Below, piece by piece: positions 59,741 to 64,000 of a stretch of 64,000 nucleotides of DNA. The translations under genes were made by a program, and so were the position numbers. How positions within the stretch are numbered: the first letter of the stretch is position 1; every line of letters starts with the position of its first letter. The stretch lies in assembly GCA_004764695.1 (NCBI GenBank), contig SMSO01000035.1, forward strand, positions 4,476,040 to 4,540,039. The letters are read 5' to 3'. The notes beneath the pieces were generated by a model. It was not told where the DNA came from. It made no database searches and was given only the letters and a program-made list of their open reading frames with translations. Origin of the DNA: Schizochytrium sp. TIO01 (taxonomy: Eukaryota; Protista; Bigyra: Labyrinthulomycetes).

Positions 59741-61615
59741 TTACATAATTTGGCAAGTCTTGCCACTGCTTGAATAATCCTCCGTGCGAGATCTTTTTCC
59801 ATCGGGGCTTGGGCTCGACACGATTTCTTGATCATCGCGGGGGCGCTTTTGTCCCAAGGATTCTGAAGCAGCTCCATAAGGCAGAATTTCGAGGTCTGAC
59901 ATCTCGAATGAATCATCTCCCTCAGACTTTGATACAGACGCGTTCTTACGGGCCGATGCATTTGCCGAAATCAAAGTGTTTCGCGCAGTGTTTGAAGCTG
60001 CCTTGTAATAAGCGCTGGTATCCGTTTCCCAAATGACTCGCACATAAGATACTCCAAGCGCCTTTTTAATTACGTTTTGAAGATGATGAGACTTTGTTGA
60101 AGGGGGAAAGTTGCACAGACGCACCACCAAAGACCGATCGATTTCCTCGATTGGGCTGTCTAAACGAAAACGACCGTCTGAGTTCGCGAGGCAAATCTCA
60201 TTGACATCTACGCGGGCAGAAAACTGGGGGTTCACGGGCAAGCCGAGAGCAGTCCAAGCACGTCCGAAAATGATTCCTGTCATGTAAGCATCATACCCAG
60301 CTTCATGATGAAACTCCTCCCCGGCACCAGCGTAGCGTTCAAAGCCTGTTGCAAGGGTCACATTCGGGTTTGTTGCCATAAAGGGTCGAGACTCTTCGGT
60401 AATCTTAAAGGCCTCTCCCAATTGCGTGTTGGAGACAAGGCTGCTGAGGAGATCATTAGTCTGGAACATAAATTTTGTGTCGACCACGATTGGGAAAGCC
60501 TCATGCAGCTGCGCACGATAATCCTCTACTGCCAAAGGAGGCTTGGCGATGAATTTAGCAAATGTATGGGCCATATCTAGAAAACAGTTGTGCGCGACCA
60601 CGGGCTTCTGAGCATCACGAATGAACTTGATGACATTAGAGAAGCCAACATTAGCTTCTACAATGGCGCGATCTTTCGCCATTGACTCTTGCAAGCGCTC
60701 GCGCTCTGTCTCTGCGGCCTGTGTCGCGGACTTTGTATACGTGAGTCGAAGGGCTTCAAATCGTTGCTTTCCGGGAGGGTTGTCCTCTTGAAACTTCCCA
60801 ACATGGATGCTGGGGTACATGCGTGGAATTTCCTCGTATAAGCAGCGTCTGCAAAAGGCATTCAGTTTTTCCAGCACGACATAGGGCTGGTCTTGAGCAT
60901 CACGCTTATACATATCGGGTGCATCGGGCTCGGGGTTGGTTACGTAAGCGTTCAGAGTCGAGGCTTCTGCTATGGCACGTTTGACTGCATTGCGAAGTCC
61001 CTCGTTATTAATGTCGGAAAGCTTGAGAGCAGGTTTACTCTTTGATCCTGACTCATTTGACACTGTAGTATTCTGGCTAGCCAGCTTTTCTGCAAACCGA
61101 GCCTCGAGGTTCTCGTAAGCCTTTTTGGATGCAGCATCATCCATGTATGAAATGCCATGGCCAAAGGTCTTATTAAAGTCAAAGCCTTGGGAAGAAAGGA
61201 ACGCAATCGAGCTGCATTGCATGAGCAGACGGACGTCTTCAGTCATTCCCTCGGCATGTTGAGGAAAAATATAAAAGTTAAAGGGCGTGGCTTTGAGCGA
61301 CCAAGTGCGATCCGGCTTCTCATGGTTGTTGAGAAGTTTTTCTTCGGCGTCCTCCTCCTTAATTTGCTCGTCTGCATCACTGGGAGGCTTTTCCCATTTG
61401 AACGCGCATACTCCGAATTGAAGAACTGCTAGTTTGGTTGCTGCATCACGGGTTGACTCCCAACGTTGTTGCATAGAGTCCATGAAGTGTGGCTGCTGGC
61501 CTGAACTTGCGTGCAGGCCTGCCATTTCTAGGTCAATGGCCACGAAGTCACATGATTCCACCGCAGCCTTTACGGCCGGCAAAACCTCAGCAAAGTTCTC
61601 GCGAGTCACATCCAT
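59741..61615 (-). CDS. PARN: Poly(A)-specific ribonuclease PARN/PNLDC1-like (CAF1 family DEDD exonuclease)
   Basis: MDVTRENF start, FVAIDLEMAGL, LQFGVCAF, PFNFYIFP, SSIAFL..QGFDFNK, R3H-like LNAFCRRCLYEEI, VVAHNCFLD, DTK, HEAGYDAYMTG and a C-terminal RRM-like segment. Confidence 0.92.
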   Translation of the reverse strand: MDVTRENFAEVLPAVKAAVESCDFVAIDLEMAGLHASSGQQPHFMDSMQQRWESTRDAATKLAVLQFGVCAFKWEKPPSDADEQIKEEDAEEKLLNNHEKPDRTWSLKATPFNFYIFPQHAEGMTEDVRLLMQCSSIAFLSSQGFDFNKTFGHGISYMDDAASKKAYENLEARFAEKLASQNTTVSNESGSKSKPALKLSDINNEGLRNAVKRAIAEASTLNAYVTNPEPDAPDMYKRDAQDQPYVVLEKLNAFCRRCLYEEIPRMYPSIHVGKFQEDNPPGKQRFEALRLTYTKSATQAAETERERLQESMAKDRAIVEANVGFSNVIKFIRDAQKPVVAHNCFLDMAHTFAKFIAKPPLAVEDYRAQLHEAFPIVVDTKFMFQTNDLLSSLVSNTQLGEAFKITEESRPFMATNPNVTLATGFERYAGAGEEFHHEAGYDAYMTGIIFGRAWTALGLPVNPQFSARVDVNEICLANSDGRFRLDSPIEEIDRSLVVRLCNFPPSTKSHHLQNVIKKALGVSYVRVIWETDTSAYYKAASNTARNTLISANASARKNASVSKSEGDDSFEMSDLEILPYGAASESLGQKRPRDDQEIVSSPSPDGKRSRTEDYSSSGKTCQIM

Positions 61616-62673
61616 GGCGCAACGTCTCGTACGCCTTGCGCGTTGTTTTCGCTTTTTCCTCTGCTCGTTTTCCTATTCTGCCAATCATTATTTTCTTTGT
61701 TTTTATGTTATTGCTAGTTGACTCGTACCGGCACTCTACCAATTAATCCACCTAGGAGGAGCTCTCTGTTTGTAGGTCTACCGACTTTGTTGCTTTGGTT
61801 GTTGAACAAGACATCCATGCAGAGATGGACTTTCCAAAGCAGGGAACGCCGTAGGTAATTTACTCACAACACCTGCTCTCAGTGGCATTCACGAAGCTCG
61901 ACCTGTCCTCTTACGCCGCTCTTGTTCAAGTTCTATATCTCTTTCCTCAAGGTATGCTCAGGTAGTCAGAACGAGGTGACTAGCTGTATTATGGCTATTT
62001 CACTCCAGAGCAAACTGAGCTCAGACTTGAGAGCAGTGCAAGTGAAAAGATAAACACCAGCGACTGATGCAGCACAAACACGCCGAGCTTCGGTAGATTG
62101 ACAAACTTATCAACAACGCACCACAGTAGAGTAGTGGACACACGCCTTCCTCACCCTGTGAGACAGGCTCTGCGATGATAGCTTTGTATATCCAATTTCT
62201 CCCAAAGCCCGAATGAAAAGCTTGGAATAGCTTCAAAGGTTGCTTGCAGGGTATATAGTACACACGACTGTATCAATATGTAATCTAGAGAAAACCTTGC
62301 AGCCATTGACTGTTTGCATCATTTCTGTATCACTATGCAATGCCGATTCACCAGTTAGGCTTCATTCCTTCGTATCACAACTGCAAAGTCAGGAAGCATC
62401 AGAAGAAGGGATGCACACGAAGTAGACCATCTACCTCTAGAGGAAGGTGGATAGCTTGGCTACGCCCAATCTCTTAGTAGAGAGGTTTTGAAAAGCATGG
62501 TTTAAAGTGCCATGACGTAAACAAGATTCCTCTGTTTGCTGGTGACCCAGGCCTGCTTCAATGTTTCCAAGTTATTCCCGACACCCCCTTGTCGACTTGG
62601 TGACTTTGTACATGGGACAAACCAATGAGATACTGCGTAGTAGGAGAACTACGAACCTTCGCAGCTCGTCTTA

Positions 62674-63158
62674 TTATTTGCGGAGGACTCCGTTGAGAAG
62701 ATACCGAAATTGAGGGCGGTTAGTCTGCAGTAGATCGCAGCAGCCAAGTTCGAAGGGGTCTTCATTGAAGTTTGCTGTCGTCGGGAGCTCTCTACACCAA
62801 CCTAGATTTAAGTGGCGTGCTCTGCTGGCAATACGTAACGCTGTGCGGTCTAAGCAACGCAGGACACGGCGCGTATCGAAGTGCAGATTTGCACCCTTCG
62901 TTGAAGCTGGTAACGCAAACACTGCGATGGTTACAAATCACAGCACTGTTTGCTCCTCTTCCTGCATGAGTAGTTGAGCCATTTGCGTAACCGTGTCAGT
63001 ATACCATGCTCGCTCGCCGAGAGGAGGATATCCAAAACTGCAGCATAGTCACTGGAGATAGAAACTTCAATCGCGCTTGCAACTCCAACACGCTGGCCGT
63101 GACCTCCTTCGCAAACACAAGTCTTGACTTGATTTGATTGCGGGTGAACAAGGCCCAA
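62674..63158 (-). pseudogene. Possible decayed ankyrin-repeat gene
   Basis: KGANLH...DRTALRIASRARHLNL resembles the ankyrin consensus GAD.N....TALHIAA..GHLE. The adjacent fragment CEGGHG...AAVLDILLS lies in a neighbouring short ORF. No long intact ORF. Confidence 0.25.
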
Positions 63159-64000
63159 CAGCGCTCTTCTATCCAGGTTGCTGCGATATCTGCGGAGCTG
63201 AAGGCTTAATTAACTAAGCTCCCGCTTCGATCGAGCAGACATCACATCTGCAGCAAGCAAAGTGAAATTTCAAAGCGCTCAATTCATAGATTGAAAGAGC
63301 CTAAGCATGGAAAATCTACTCCTCTTCGCTTCCTTTCCCTTGGAAGTTCTAACGGGATCCATATTAGGCGCCCCTAATGGGCCCTACTGGTACGACTGAC
63401 CCACTTTCTTTGGTGGGAAGAAGTTGTGCCTAGGAGGTGGTACTGCTACATACCACTTACTTACCATCTCTTCGTTTCTCACGTTTTGAGTAGATATTGG
63501 CATGAGGGTTAGGACCCGCTACGTATCACACTAAGCTGAGGAACCAGAAATGCAATAGGCGAGAAAGAAGTGGAGGCATTTTTTAATTGATTATCGATAG
63601 GAGGTCGCTAGGAGGATCTATACTCGAGGAGACCAGACAGACAGACAGACAGACTTCTCAGGTGGGAAGAAGGTTAGAGCTTTGGGCTTTTACACCCTTT
63701 TACAGAGAGATGAGACTCAGGTTTTGAGCTCCTTCGCTGACCGGGCTCGGCTTCCATCTCTTTGCGATTCGTGTTGCGGCGCTCAATAGGTCACTTTGTT
63801 GTGAGGGTAAGATAGGAATTCGGACAATTGAAAGAAAACCTCGGTAGAAAGCAGAAAATCGAAAGCGAAAGCAAACACGGAACGCTGCTCCTCAGAGCTC
63901 TTTGGAAATATAAAGTCTACTGCTCCCGGAGACTGGGGCATATCTGCACGGCTATTAAGTGAGCACAGGCCGTTTTCAGTTCTGCACAATCTTCTCAGCT

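Overview
Eukaryotic nuclear DNA with long, apparently intronless genes and microsatellite-rich spacers. The HSP70 motif [12 protein letters not shown] and this architecture suggest a stramenopile, probably a thraustochytrid (inference). Genes in order: 5' ~3,180 codons of cytoplasmic dynein-1 heavy chain (minus strand, runs off the window start and is absent from the ORF track); a frameshifted gene resembling large-DNA-virus/Bro-associated proteins; a large disordered/coiled-coil orphan; a NUDT22-like Nudix hydrolase; a secreted 10-Cys TIL protease inhibitor; cytosolic HSP70 with upstream heat-shock elements; mitochondrial uL29m/MRPL47; a degenerate MoxR-type AAA+ protein; insulysin (M16A); an ABCC/MRP transporter; a kinesin-7/CENP-E-like motor; and PARN. 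Three genes are split by single-base frameshifts at or near homopolymer runs, most likely assembly indels. I saw no tRNA, rRNA or CRISPR array. The most unusual signals are (i) non-coding tracts rich in TAG/CTA that look like CAG/CTG repeats converted by C-to-T change, (ii) the virus-like gene relic, (iii) the TIL inhibitor and (iv) the MoxR-like protein lacking a Walker A motif. None amounts to a proven new system from sequence alone.
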